Shown one piece after another: positions 23,228 through 33,074 of a stretch of 64,000 nt of DNA (position 1 is its first letter; every line of letters starts with the position of its first letter). Below the pieces are notes generated by a model. That model searched no databases and was not told where the DNA came from. It was given only the letters and a program-made list of their open reading frames with translations. The DNA is from an uncultured Chloroflexia bacterium (GTDB lineage Bacteria; Chloroflexota; Limnocylindria; QHBO01). The position numbers and the translations under genes are program-made. Location: contig CAVWZA010000010.1 in assembly GCA_963759405.1 (NCBI GenBank), forward strand, positions 128,422 to 192,421, written 5' to 3'.

Positions 23228-25735
23228 TCAGCCCTTCGGCGTCACCACGTTGACGAGCTTGCCGGGGACCTGGATGACCCGCATCGGCGCACGTCCGCTC
23301 AGGTAGCGCTGGACATGCACCGACGCCAGCGCCATCTGCTCGATCTCCTCCGGCGGCGTGTCGACGGTCACGACCAACCGGTCGCGCAGCTTGCCGTCGA
23401 CCTGCACCGGCAGCTCGATCGTGTCGGAGGCGGCCAGCGCCGGATCCGCCACCGGCCAGGGCTGCTGGTGGACGCTGTAGGGGTGGCCGCGGACCTCCCA
23501 GAGCTCCTCCGCGATGTGCGGCGCGACCGGCGCCAGCAGCAGCAGCAGCGTGTCGACCGCATCGGCGTATGCCTGGTGGCCGCCGTGACCGGCCTCGCGA
23601 GCGCGGATGATCGCGTTGGTCAGCTCCATCAGCTTGGAGATGGCCGTGTTGAAGTGGAGCGCCTCGTAGTCCTCGCCGACGGCCGCGATGGTGGTGTGCG
23701 TCGCGCGTCGCAGCGCGCGCTCCATCTCCTCGGGGTCGCCCGGCACCTCGACGGTCCGACTGCTGCCCCTGTCCGGCTGGGCGGTGCCCCACACCCGGCC
23801 CAGCCAGCGATGGATGCCCTCGATGCCCGACGGGTTCCACGGGCCGCCCTGGTCCCACGGCCCGATGAACATCAGGAACGCGCGGACCGTGTCCGCCCCG
23901 TAGCGATCCGCCAGCTCGTCGGGAGCCTGCACGTTGCCGCGCGACTTGCTCATCCGGTTGTGATCGGCGCCGAGGATCTGGCCCTGGTTGCGCAGCTTCA
24001 GCGTCGGCTCGTCGATGCCGACCAATCCCAGGTCACGCAGCGCCTTGACGAAGAAGCGGAAGTACATCAGGTGCATGACGGCGTGCTCGGATCCGCCCGT
24101 GTACAGGTGGATCGGCAGCCACTCGTCGACCCTGGCGCGATCGAATGGGGCGTCGTCGTCATGCGGAGAGCAGTAGCGCAGGAAATACCAGCTCGAGTCG
24201 ACGAAGGTGTCCATCGTGTCGGTCTCGCGTCGGGCGGCGGCGCCGCACACCGGACACTCGACGTGCAGGAACTCCGCGTGGGACTGCAGCGGACTGACGC
24301 CGGTCGGCGCGAAGTCGACGTCCAGCGGCAGCACCACCGGCAGCTGGTCCTCCGGCACCGGCTGGGCGCCGTGCTCGTCGCAGTAGATGATCGGGATCGG
24401 CGCGCCCCAGTAGCGCTGACGCCCCGCCACCCAGTCGCGCTGGCGGTAGGTCACGGCGGCCCGCCCATGCCCGCGCTCCTCCAGGGCCTGGGTGATCGCG
24501 CCGATCGCCTCCGATGCGGGCATGCCCGGTGAACTCGCCGGAGTCGATGAGCACCTCATCGGCGGTGTGCCCGACCAGTGCCTCGCCCTCCGGCAGCTGG
24601 CCGGAGTCGGGCGACGACCACGTAGCGGATCGGCAGGTCGAACTTCTTCGCGAACTCGTAGTCGCGCTCGTCGTGGGCGGGGACGGCCATGATCGCGCCG
24701 GTGCCGTAGCCGGGCAGGACGTAGTCGGCGATCCAGATCGGGATCCGCTCGTTCGTCATCGGGTTGATGGCGTAGGCGCCGATGAAGACGCCGGTCTTCT
24801 CGCGCTCGGTGTTCATGCGCTCGATCTCGGTCTCGCGCCGCGCGTCGGCGACGTAGGCCTCGACATCGGCCTTGCGATCGTCCGTGGTCAGGACCGAGAC
24901 CAGCGGGTGCTCGGGCGCCAGGACCATGAAGGTGGCGCCGTACACCGTGTCGGGACGCGTGGTGAAGACGCGGATCGGCTCGACGTCGTCGGGCTCGGTG
25001 GGGAAGTCGATCTCGGCTCCCTCGGAACGGCCGATCCAGTTCGTCTGCATCGACTTGATCGGCTCGGGGTAGTCGAGGCCGTCGAAGTTCAGCAGCTCGT
25101 CGCTGTAGTTCGTGATGCGGAAGTACCACTGCTCGAGGTCGCGCTTGGTGACCTGCGTGTTGCAGCGCCAGCAGCGCCGATCCGGCCCAACGACCTGCTC
25201 CCGGGCCAGCACGACCTTGTCCTTCGGGCACCAGTCGACCGCGCCCATCGCCTTGTAGGCGAGCCCGGCCTCGTACAGCTTCAGGAACAGCCACTGCTGC
25301 CAGCGGTAGTACTCGGGGTCGCAGGTGACGACCTCGCGCGTCCAGTCGAAGCTGGCGCCCATGACGCCGCATCTGGCGCCGCATGGTGTCGATGTTCTGG
25401 TACGTCCACTTCGCCGGGTGGATGCCGCGGTCGATCGCGGCGTTCTCGGCGGGAAGTCCGAAGCCGTCGAAGCCCATCGGGAACATGACGTTGTAGCCCT
25501 GCATGCGGTGCATGCGGGCGACGATGTCCGGGCCGGTCATCGCGTACCAGTGGCCGATGTGGAGGTCGCCCGACGGGTACGGGTACATCGTCAGGTCGTA
25601 GCGCTTGGGGCGCGGGTCGTCATCGCGCGCGACGTACAGCTCGTCGGCCTCCCAGCGCTGGCGCCACTTCTCCTCGAACGAGGTCGGGTCGTATCGGCCG
25701 GCGCGCGGCGTGCGGGCCGGTGTCTCGGTGGTCAC
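23228..25735 (-). CDS. leuS: Leucine--tRNA ligase; three frame breaks (~25368, ~24610, ~24522)
   Basis: [13 protein letters not shown] (HIGH motif), the middle editing domain in ORF 24556..25362, and KMSKS as NRMSKSRGN. Start GTG 25735 is preceded by AAGGAGGAG. Confidence 0.95.
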   Translation of the reverse strand: MTTETPARTPRAGRYDPTSFEEKWRQRWEADELYVARDDDPRPKRYDLTMYPYPSGDLHIGHWYAMTGPDIVARMHRMQGYNVMFPMGFDGFGLPAENAAIDRGIHPAKWTYQNIDTMRRQMRRHGRQLRLDARGRHLRPRVLPLAAVAVPEAVRGRARLQGDGRGRLVPEGQGRAGPGAGRWAGSALLALQHAGHQARPRAVVLPHHELQRRAAELRRPRLPRADQVDADELDRPFRGSRDRLPHRARRRRADPRLHHASRHGVRRHLHGPGARAPAGLGPDHGRSQGRCRGLRRRRAARDRDRAHEHRAREDRRLHRRLRHQPDDERADPDLDRRLRPARLRHRRDHGRPRPRRARLRVREEVRPADPLRGRRPTPASCRRARHWSGTPPMRCSSTPASSPGMPASEAIGAITQALEERGHGRAAVTYRQRDWVAGRQRYWGAPIPIIYCDEHGAQPVPEDQLPVVLPLDVDFAPTGVSPLQSHAEFLHVECPVCGAAARRETDTMDTFVDSSWYFLRYCSPHDDDAPFDRARVDEWLPIHLYTGGSEHAVMHLMYFRFFVKALRDLGLVGIDEPTLKLRNQGQILGADHNRMSKSRGNVQAPDELADRYGADTVRAFLMFIGPWDQGGPWNPSGIEGIHRWLGRVWGTAQPDRGSSRTVEVPGDPEEMERALRRATHTTIAAVGEDYEALHFNTAISKLMELTNAIIRAREAGHGGHQAYADAVDTLLLLLAPVAPHIAEELWEVRGHPYSVHQQPWPVADPALAASDTIELPVQVDGKLRDRLVVTVDTPPEEIEQMALASVHVQRYLSGRAPMRVIQVPGKLVNVVTPKG

Positions 25736-25778
25736 GCTGCGCTCCTCCTTGCAATCCAGCAATCGACGACGTAGGGCA

Positions 25779-26357
25779 TCATCGGTCGTCACCCTCCGGG
25801 AACCAGGCCATGAGCACCTCGTCGCGGTACGTGTCGCCGGATCGGTATTGGCGCCGTCGGAGGCCCTCGCGGACGAAGCCGCGACGCTCGTAGACGGCGA
25901 TGGCGCGCTCGTTGTCCGGGAAGACGCCGAGCGAGATCTTTCCCAGCCCGCGCTCACGCGCCCACGCCTGTGCGGCGGCGACCAGCTCGGTGCCGATCCC
26001 GACGTCCCGCCAGTCGATGGCGATGCAGATCGAGAGGACGCCGATGTGCTCCGTGGCGCGCCCGCGATCGACGCTGATCAGCACGTTGCCGACGATCTCA
26101 CCGTCTGCCTCCGCCACCAGGGCCAGTGACTCCTCGGCCCGAATCAGCTCGCTGATCCAGAACGCCTCCGATGGCTCGCTGATGGCGCCGGGCGTGGTGA
26201 TCAGCCAGCGGCCCTCGGTGCGAACGTCGGCGAACAGTCGGGCAAGCGCGCGCCCGTCCGTCGGACGCCCCGGACGCAGCGTCCAGCGCCGGCCGTCCCG
26301 GGCCGTCTTCGCCTCTCCGCTTCCCGTCTGGATCATCTGGCCATCTCCGGACAACAA
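25779..26357 (-). CDS. GNAT-family N-acetyltransferase (start may be the internal Met at 26336)
   Basis: IAIDWRDVGIGTELVAAAQAWARERGL...ERAIAVYERRGF. Confidence 0.75.
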   Translation of the reverse strand: MLSGDGQMIQTGSGEAKTARDGRRWTLRPGRPTDGRALARLFADVRTEGRWLITTPGAISEPSEAFWISELIRAEESLALVAEADGEIVGNVLISVDRGRATEHIGVLSICIAIDWRDVGIGTELVAAAQAWARERGLGKISLGVFPDNERAIAVYERRGFVREGLRRRQYRSGDTYRDEVLMAWFPEGDDR

Positions 26358-26428
26358 CGAACCCCTCCGTCGCCAGGACGAAGGGGCTCACATCTTCGCG
26401 GTACCACCTGAGCTTGACCGATGAAGGT

Positions 26429-26504
26429 TGGTGGAGCTGGGGGGACTCGAACCCCCGACCCCCTGCATGCCATGCAGGTGCTCTCCCAGCTGAGCTACAA
26501 CCCC
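26429..26504 (-). tRNA. tRNA-Ala (anticodon GGC), CCA encoded
   Basis: Reverse complement is GGGGTTGTAGCTCAGCTGGGAGAGCACCTGCATGGCATGCAGGGGGTCGGGGGTTCGAGTCCCCCCAGCTCCACCA. G3:U70 pair present. Anticodon loop is AT-GGC-AT. Confidence 0.95.
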
Positions 26505-26848
26505 ACGATCGGTCCACTCGTTGGCGCGCTATCGGGCGCCACCCGGCCGGACTCGTCGCCCGACTGCTCGACGGGTGAGTTCCGCGCTCCTCGAACGCCG
26601 GCTTGCACCGATTCCGGCTCGCTGTGAACGAGGCACCGCGCGTACTGATCCCGCGTCAACGCATCGGCCCGGAGGATATCACAGGGGTTTGCGCGGCCTC
26701 AATCGATTGCCGGCCCCCGCAGACGACGCCGCGGTCGACCGTAGGTGTTGAACGTCGGCACCGCCTCGTTTCGTTCGGTCTTGACGGACCATTGCAGATC
26801 TTGTTTAGTAGGAAGATCAACAATGTCAAGAACGGGGGACTCCTTCAC

Positions 26849-27902
26849 ATGCGGTCTCGACTGCCTATCGCCATGCTCGGCGTGCTCATTTCGCTCACCG
26901 CGTGCTCATCGCCAGGAGCAGCGCCGACGTCGGACTCGTCCGAGCTGGCGTCGGAGCCGGTGGAGCTGCGTCTCGGCTATTTCCCGAACGTCACGCATGC
27001 AACGGCGATCGTCGGCATTGATGAGGGGATCATCGAGGAGGCGCTCGAGCGACAACGTGACCCTCAAGACGCAATTCTTCAACGCGGGCACCGATGTGGT
27101 GGAGGCGATCTTCTCCGAGGCACTGGATGCCAGCTATATCGGGCCCAATCCGGCAATCAATGCATTCGCGCAGTCGGACGGACAGGCGATCCGCATCATC
27201 GCCGGCGCGGCCTCTGGTGGCGCATCACTCGTCGTGAGCGATGCGATCACGTCCGCAGACGACCTAGCCGGCACAAAGCTGGCGAGCCCGTCGCTGGGCA
27301 ACACCCAGGACGTTGCGCTGCGCGCCTGGTTGTCGGACCAGGGTTATGCCACCGACCTCGAAGGCGGCGGCGACGTCTCGATCATGCCGCAGGCAAACGG
27401 CGATGCATTGCAAGCGTTCGTCCTCGGCGAGATCGACGGTGCCTGGGTCCCCGAGCCGTGGGCCACACGCATGGTCGAGGAGGGCAACGGCCACGTGCTC
27501 GTCGACGAGCGTGACCTTTGGCCAGATGGCGAGTTCGTCACCACGCATCTCATCGTCGCCACCTCGTTCCTCGAAGAGCACCCGGACATCGTGAAGCAGC
27601 TGTTGACGGGCCACGTGGCGGCAAACGCCTTCGTGAACGACGAGCCGGAACGTGCGCAGCAGATTGTCGCGGCTGCGATCCTTGAGCTCACGGATACCGA
27701 GCTCCCGGAAGGCACACTGGCCACCGCCTGGGAGAACCTCACCTTTACCGTCGACCCGATAGCCAGCTCGCTGGCTACCTCGGCCACCAACGCCACCGAG
27801 CTCGGCCTCCTCGATCCGGTGGATCTCGACGGCATCTATGACCTGACGCTGCTGAACGAGATCCTGGCCGAGTCCGGCGCGGACGAGATCCCCACGCCGT
27901 GA
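26849..27902 (+). CDS. ABC transporter substrate-binding lipoprotein, NitT/TauT (sulfonate/nitrate/taurine, NMT1-like) family; frameshift near 27048
   Basis: Lipobox LISLTAC. LRLGYFPNVTHA. The remainder (ORF 26745..27902) has the typical SsuA/TauA-like fold pattern. Confidence 0.8.
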
Positions 27903-28705
27903 CGAGTGAAGTCCGCGCCCTTCCATCGATGGATCCACCCGCACCGGCTCCGGTTGGTGCGGAAACCGCGATCAGCGTCGAAGGCGTTTACAAGGCGTAC
28001 GGACCCGCAGGCAGCCACGTTCTTGCGCTGTCGGACCTGTCGCTCACCGTCGCAAAGGGTGAGTTCGTCTGCCTAGTTGGCGCCTCCGGCTGCGGCAAGA
28101 GCACGCTCCTCAACATCCTCGCGCGCCTGGACAAGGCACAGCTCGGAACGGTGAAGACCCGGGGTCGGGTCGCACTCCTGTTCCAGGAGGCAGCGCTCTT
28201 TCCGTGGCTCACGGTTGCTCAGAACATCGAGCTCGCGCTGCGGCTGTCTGGAGTTCCGCGCCGGGAACGCCAGTCGCGCACGCACGAGCTGCTGCATGTC
28301 GTTCAGCTCGAGGGCTGGGGTGACAAGCGCCCGCACGAGCTCTCCGGCGGTATGCGGCAACGGACCGCCGTCGCACGGGCTCTTGCCCAGGGTGCCGAGA
28401 TCCTGCTGATGGACGAGCCGTTCGGTTCGCTCGACGCGATGACTCGCGACATCCTCCACGACGAACTGGAGAGGCTGTGGACCGCCGGGGGGTTCACCGT
28501 CCTGTTCGTCACGCATGACGTCCGCGAGGCGATCCGGCTGGGTGATCGAATCGCCATCCTGACCAGCCGGCCGGGCCAGGTGGCGGAAGAGCTCGCCATC
28601 GATCTGCCGCGGCCCCGATCCGTCGGCGACCCCGAAGTCGGGGCGCTTGCCGAGCGGATCACTTCACGGCTGCGCGAGGAGGTACTCCGTCATGCGGACG
28701 ACTAG
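27899..28705 (+). CDS. ABC transporter ATP-binding protein (NitT/TauT family)
   Basis: GASGCGKSTLLN, LSGGMRQRTAVARAL, LLMDEPFGSLD. Reads intact. Confidence 0.9.
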   Translation: MTSEVRALPSMDPPAPAPVGAETAISVEGVYKAYGPAGSHVLALSDLSLTVAKGEFVCLVGASGCGKSTLLNILARLDKAQLGTVKTRGRVALLFQEAALFPWLTVAQNIELALRLSGVPRRERQSRTHELLHVVQLEGWGDKRPHELSGGMRQRTAVARALAQGAEILLMDEPFGSLDAMTRDILHDELERLWTAGGFTVLFVTHDVREAIRLGDRIAILTSRPGQVAEELAIDLPRPRSVGDPEVGALAERITSRLREEVLRHADD

Positions 28706-29576
28706 CATGTTCGGACGCCGCTCGCGCCAACAGCGCGAGCTCGCCGGCCTCGACAACCTCGAGCTTCCGCTCCAGCCGCGCCAGAGCCGCCTGCGCCGCC
28801 TGTGGAGCGGAGCTTGGCCCCAGTTCGCGGCCATCGGCATCGCATTGCTGATCTGGCAGATCGTCGTGCTCCTGGAGCTGAAGCCCGTCTGGGTTCTGCC
28901 AGGCCCCGTGGCCGTGCTTGGCGAGCTGTGGCATGACCTGACAAAGGACACTCGACTATTCGAGACAATCGCCACGACGATGCGCCGCGCGGCGTTCGGG
29001 TTCGGACTGGCGCTCATCATTGGATCCCTCATTGGCTTGGCGGTGACCCGCTGGAAGCTCCTGAGAACCGCCGTGGCGTCGCTGATCACCGGCCTGCAGA
29101 CCATGCCGTCCATTGCGTGGTTTCCGCTCGCAATCCTGGTCTTCGGCCTAAACGAGCAGGCGATCCTTTTCGTGGTCGTGCTCGGTGCGGCTCCATCGGT
29201 GGCCAATGGCGTGATCCATGGCGTCGACCACATCCCGCGCATCCTTCTGAACGCTGGCCGGGTGCTCGGGGCTCGCAAGCTCGACAAGTACCGGTTCGTC
29301 ATCCTGCCGGCGGCCCTTCCCTCGTTCGTCAGCGGGCTCAAGCAGGCGTGGTCCTTCGCCTGGCGGAGCCTGATGGCCGGTGAGCTGCTCGTGATCATCG
29401 CCGCACAGCCCGCCCTCGGTGTCCGGCTCCAGCTTCAGCGCGAAGTCTCGGACGCGACGGCACTGATAGGCACGATGATCGTCGTCCTCTCCGTCGGGAT
29501 CATCGTGGACCTCGTGATCTTCGGCAGTATCGAGCGCCGGATTCGCGAGCGTCGGGGCCTGACCGCCGTGACCTGA
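28692..29576 (+). CDS. ABC transporter permease (NitT/TauT family)
   Basis: Six-TM BPD-type permease with an EAA-like loop NAGRVLGARKLDKYRFVILPAALP. Confidence 0.85.
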   Translation: MRTTSMFGRRSRQQRELAGLDNLELPLQPRQSRLRRLWSGAWPQFAAIGIALLIWQIVVLLELKPVWVLPGPVAVLGELWHDLTKDTRLFETIATTMRRAAFGFGLALIIGSLIGLAVTRWKLLRTAVASLITGLQTMPSIAWFPLAILVFGLNEQAILFVVVLGAAPSVANGVIHGVDHIPRILLNAGRVLGARKLDKYRFVILPAALPSFVSGLKQAWSFAWRSLMAGELLVIIAAQPALGVRLQLQREVSDATALIGTMIVVLSVGIIVDLVIFGSIERRIRERRGLTAVT

Positions 29577-29577
29577 G

Positions 29578-30102
29578 TCAGGCGCCGGGGTTCGATCGAG
29601 GTCGCTCCCGCGACTGGCTCGGCCGGCTGGTTCGCCTGATCCGCCCCAGGGATACCCAGGCATCCGGGGCGGACGCGAGCCTCCTGACCTCGGGAGGAAG
29701 CCGATCGTGGACGAGGTCGTCAACCGACGTCTCCTCGAGGATCTCCCGCAGGCTCGCACGAATGGCGATCCAGACATCCTGGAGGCGCTCCGCCGGCCCG
29801 GTGTACTCGATGGTCTCGGGACGGTCGCCGCGTACGTCGGACATTGGGCCGTCGACGGCTCGGATCACGTCGGCGAGGCTGATATCTGTCGCGGGCCGCG
29901 CGAGACGAAAACCACCGCCCGAACCTCGCTGGCTCTGCACAATGCCTGCATGCTTGAGAGTGAGGAGTACGCTCTCGAGGAACTCCATGGGAATGTGCTG
30001 GCGCGTGGCGATCACGTCGCGTTTGAGCCGTTCCTCGCGTTGCACCACGGCGAGCTCCGCAATGGCACGAAGCGCATAGTCGGCACGAGCGGAGACGCGC
30101 AT
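29578..30102 (-). CDS. Rrf2-family transcriptional regulator
   Basis: MRVSARADYALRAIAELA...FLESVLLTLKHAGIVQSQRGSGGGFRLARP. Confidence 0.85.
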   Translation of the reverse strand: MRVSARADYALRAIAELAVVQREERLKRDVIATRQHIPMEFLESVLLTLKHAGIVQSQRGSGGGFRLARPATDISLADVIRAVDGPMSDVRGDRPETIEYTGPAERLQDVWIAIRASLREILEETSVDDLVHDRLPPEVRRLASAPDAWVSLGRIRRTSRPSQSRERPRSNPGA

Positions 30103-30192
30103 GGGCTTGATTGTGCCACGCACCCGTCCTGCCGGTGATGTGAGGAGACGCACGAAGCGAGGCTGCTGCGAGGATACTTCAATCGACCGCTT

Positions 30193-30227
30193 GACACGAG
30201 TCCTATATTCACAATATGACTCGTATC
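30193..30227. promoter_or_regulatory. 35-nt imperfect palindrome spanning the -10 region and start codon of the TetR gene (candidate TetR operator)
   Basis: GACACGAGTC(30193-30202) and GACTCGTATC(30218-30227) are inverted repeats (9/10) flanking ATATT-CAC-AATAT. TATATT lies 6 nt upstream of ATG 30216. Confidence 0.5.
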
Positions 30228-30825
30228 GCAAAAGGTCGCGCGTACACGCAGCAGGCTTCGCGAGGAGCAGGCCGACGCGACACGGGCTCGCATCCTTGAC
30301 GCGACCGGGCCGCTCATGGCCGCGGGCGTCGCCAGCCTCTCGATTCCCGCGGTGGCACGCGAGGCGGGCGTGTCGGTGCCGACGGTCTACCGCCACTTCG
30401 CCACGAAACAACAACTCATCGAGGCGATCTACCCGCACGTCATGCGGCGGGCCGCCATCAACCAACCGCCGCCCCCGCGCTCGATCTCCGAGCTTCAGGA
30501 CGGTGTGCGCGAGTACCTCGCGCACCTGGATTCGCTCGACGACCAGGCGCGTGCGGCCATGGCGAGCGGGGCCGCGGACGAGGTGCGACGGGCCAGCATG
30601 CCGAATCGGGTGGCGGTGTTTCGCGCGGTTGCCGATTCGGTCGAGCCCAAGCTCGCGGACGCAGATCGCGACCGTCTCGCGCGTGTCCTCGTGGTCCTGA
30701 CCCAGTCGTCGTCGCTGCGGATGTGGCATGACCATCTCGGCCTGTCGGTCGACGAGGTGGCCGAAGAGATCGACTGGCTGGTGAAGGCGGCCATCGCGGC
30801 CGCAACCGAGAGGAGTGGACGATGA
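30216..30825 (+). CDS. TetR-family transcriptional regulator; frameshift in the A4 run at ~30231-30234
   Basis: ATRARILDATGPLMAAGVASLSIPAVAREAGVSVPTVYRHFATKQQLI. The only start codon (ATG 30216) is in frame 0, and the HTH is in frame 1. Confidence 0.85.
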
Positions 30826-33027
30826 CGGTCGCAGGGGTTCGACGGCTCGCCGACGTACGCATGGCCGATGTCGCCGAGGTCGGCGGCAAGGCAGCCAGCC
30901 TCGGCGAGCTGCTGGCTTCGGGCGTCCGCGTGCCCGACGGGGTCGTCATCGCCGCTGACGCGGCCGACATGACGTCGGACGAACGACGCTGGCTGTCGGG
31001 CGCCGGGGCGTGGGACCTCGGCGCCGGGCCGTTCGCGGTCCGCTCGAGCGGGATCGCCGAGGATGGCGTCGAACGCTCATTTGCCGGCATGTACGAATCG
31101 GTGCTCAACGTGTCCGCGGATGACGTTCCCGCGGCGGTGGATCGCTGCCTCGCCAGCGCGTCCGCTGCCCGCGTCGCCGAGTACGAGGCTGCCGGTGGCG
31201 GCCGGATGGCCGTGATCGTCCAGCGGATGGTTGCGGCGGCCGCGGCCGGTGTGGCTCTCACCGCCGATCCGATCAACGGAGACCGAAGCACGTGCGTCGT
31301 GACCGCGGTCCGTGGTCTGGGCGAGCGGCTGGTGTCCGGCGAAGCACAGGGCGACGAGTGGGTCGTTGGTGAACGTGGCGCCACAGCTCGCCGTCAGCCC
31401 GAGCACGCCATCGATCGCCACCAGGCCGTGGCGATTGCCACCGAGGCGCGTCGCATCGCGGCTGCCCGCGGGACGCCGCAGGACATCGAGTGGGCGATCG
31501 ACGGCGACGGCACGCTGTGGATCGTCCAGGCCAGGCCGATGACGGCGCTGCCACCCGAGGTGTCGTGGGCATCGCCGGCGCCGGGCGCCTACACCCGGAT
31601 GCTCCGATTCGGCGAATGGATCGGTGAGCCGGTCACTCCGCTCTTCGAGTCGTGGCTGCTGACGGGCATGGAGGACCGCATGCACGCGTTCTTCCGCGAG
31701 GAGATCGGCCAGATCGCACCGCGGCCGTACCACGTCGTGGTCAACGGTTGGTACTTCTACTCGATCAACTTCATCTCCGGAAGGGCGCTGCTCCGCAGCT
31801 TTCCGACCATGCTGGTGAAGGCCATTCGCTCGCCTCGCAACATCGCAGGGATCATTCCGCCGACCGTTCGCTTCAGCTTTCCGATCTTCGAGCGGAGGTG
31901 GCGCGAGGACCTGCAGCCGCGCTACCGAGCGTCCGTCGCCGATGCCGAACGCAGCGTCGAGACACTGCCCGTCGCCGACCTCCCGGCCCTGATCGACGAG
32001 CTGGCCGCGCTCGCCGGCGAGTACTTCGGTGGGATCGCGGCGTTGAGCGGTGCCGCATACAAGATGGAGATGAACCTCGCGCAGTTCTACCGGCGCCACC
32101 TTGCAGCCGCTCCCGGCGACAGCCATCTGCCGCTCCTGTCAGGGTTCGAACCGCCGGCCGAACGGCAGCAGCGGCCCGCGATGGTGTCGCTCGACTGGTG
32201 GCACGCTCCACTGCCCGTCGAGGCGACGGCGACGAACCAGGCCGAGAGGCACGGCCGCGTGGTCGAAGCAAGGCAGGCAGCCGAGGCCGAGGCGTTCGCG
32301 GCATTGGCGTCGTCGCCACGCCGGCTGCGGACCTTCCGGCGCGTGCTGGCAGACGCCCAGCACCTCGTTCCGATCCGGGAAGAGCAGACCGAAGAGCTCA
32401 CGATCGCGTGGCCGGTCCTGCGGCGGGCGGTCCTCCGCATCGGCGAGGCGCTGGCCGATGGTGGAGCGATTGCCGAGCCCGACGACGTCTTCTTCCTCAC
32501 GCGCGACGAGGCGCTCGCGGCACTCGGCGGCGCACCGCCCGCGCCAGCCGTCGACGTGTCCGGCGCGGCGGTCCCTGCGTGCGGAGCAGGCGCGCCTCGT
32601 GCCCCCGCCCCAGGTCGGCCGCGTGAACCCGATGATCCAGCGGGTCTGGGACAGCTTCCCGGGGCTCATCGGTGCACGTCGGTCGGACGACGCGCTCGTT
32701 TCAGGCGTTCCGGCATCTGCCGGTCGATCCACCGGGACCGTTCGCGTGATCCGGGGTCCGGACGAGTTCGACCAGCTGCGGCCGGGCGAGATCCTCGTGG
32801 CACCCTTCACGGCACCCGCCTGGACGCCGCTCTTCACCCGCGCGGCCGCGGTCGTCACCGACGTTGGGAGCGCGGCGTCGCACGCCTCGATCATCGCGCG
32901 CGAGTACGGCATCCCGGCCGTCGTCGGATGCAGCGATGCGACGGCACGCCTGCAAACGGGGATGCGCGTCACGGTCGACGGCAGCACCGGAAACGTCGAG
33001 CCTGAGCGAGCTCAGATTCGGGGTTGA
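30822..33027 (+). CDS. PEP-utilising phosphotransferase (PpsA/rifampicin-phosphotransferase-like: N-terminal ATP-grasp PEP/pyruvate-binding domain, C-terminal mobile His domain); frameshift near 32560
   Basis: VGGKAASLGELLASGVRVPDGVVI..., DIEWAIDGDGTLWIVQARPMT. C-terminal ILVAPFTAPAWTPLFTRAAAVVTDVGSAASHASIIAREYGIPAVVG. ATGA overlap with the TetR stop. Confidence 0.8.
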
Positions 33028-33054
33028 CCCTGACGTTACGTTAGGCTCTAGGGT
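33024..33054 (+). promoter_or_regulatory. MerR-type promoter with a 19-bp spacer and ACGT dyad upstream of the TipAL-like gene
   Basis: TTGACC(33024-29), 19 nt (CTGACGTTACGTTAGGCTC), TAGGGT(33049-54). The spacer contains the imperfect palindrome CCTGACGTTACGTTAGG. Confidence 0.55.
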
Positions 33055-33074
33055 CGTGTGACGAAGGACGAACA

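Noticed and set aside
26421-26751. ORFs 26421..26627, 26521..26751 and 26098..26517(-) around the tRNA-Ala gene.
   Set aside because: They overlap the tRNA gene or its flanks, have no ribosome-binding site, and translate to low-complexity Arg/Pro-rich sequence.
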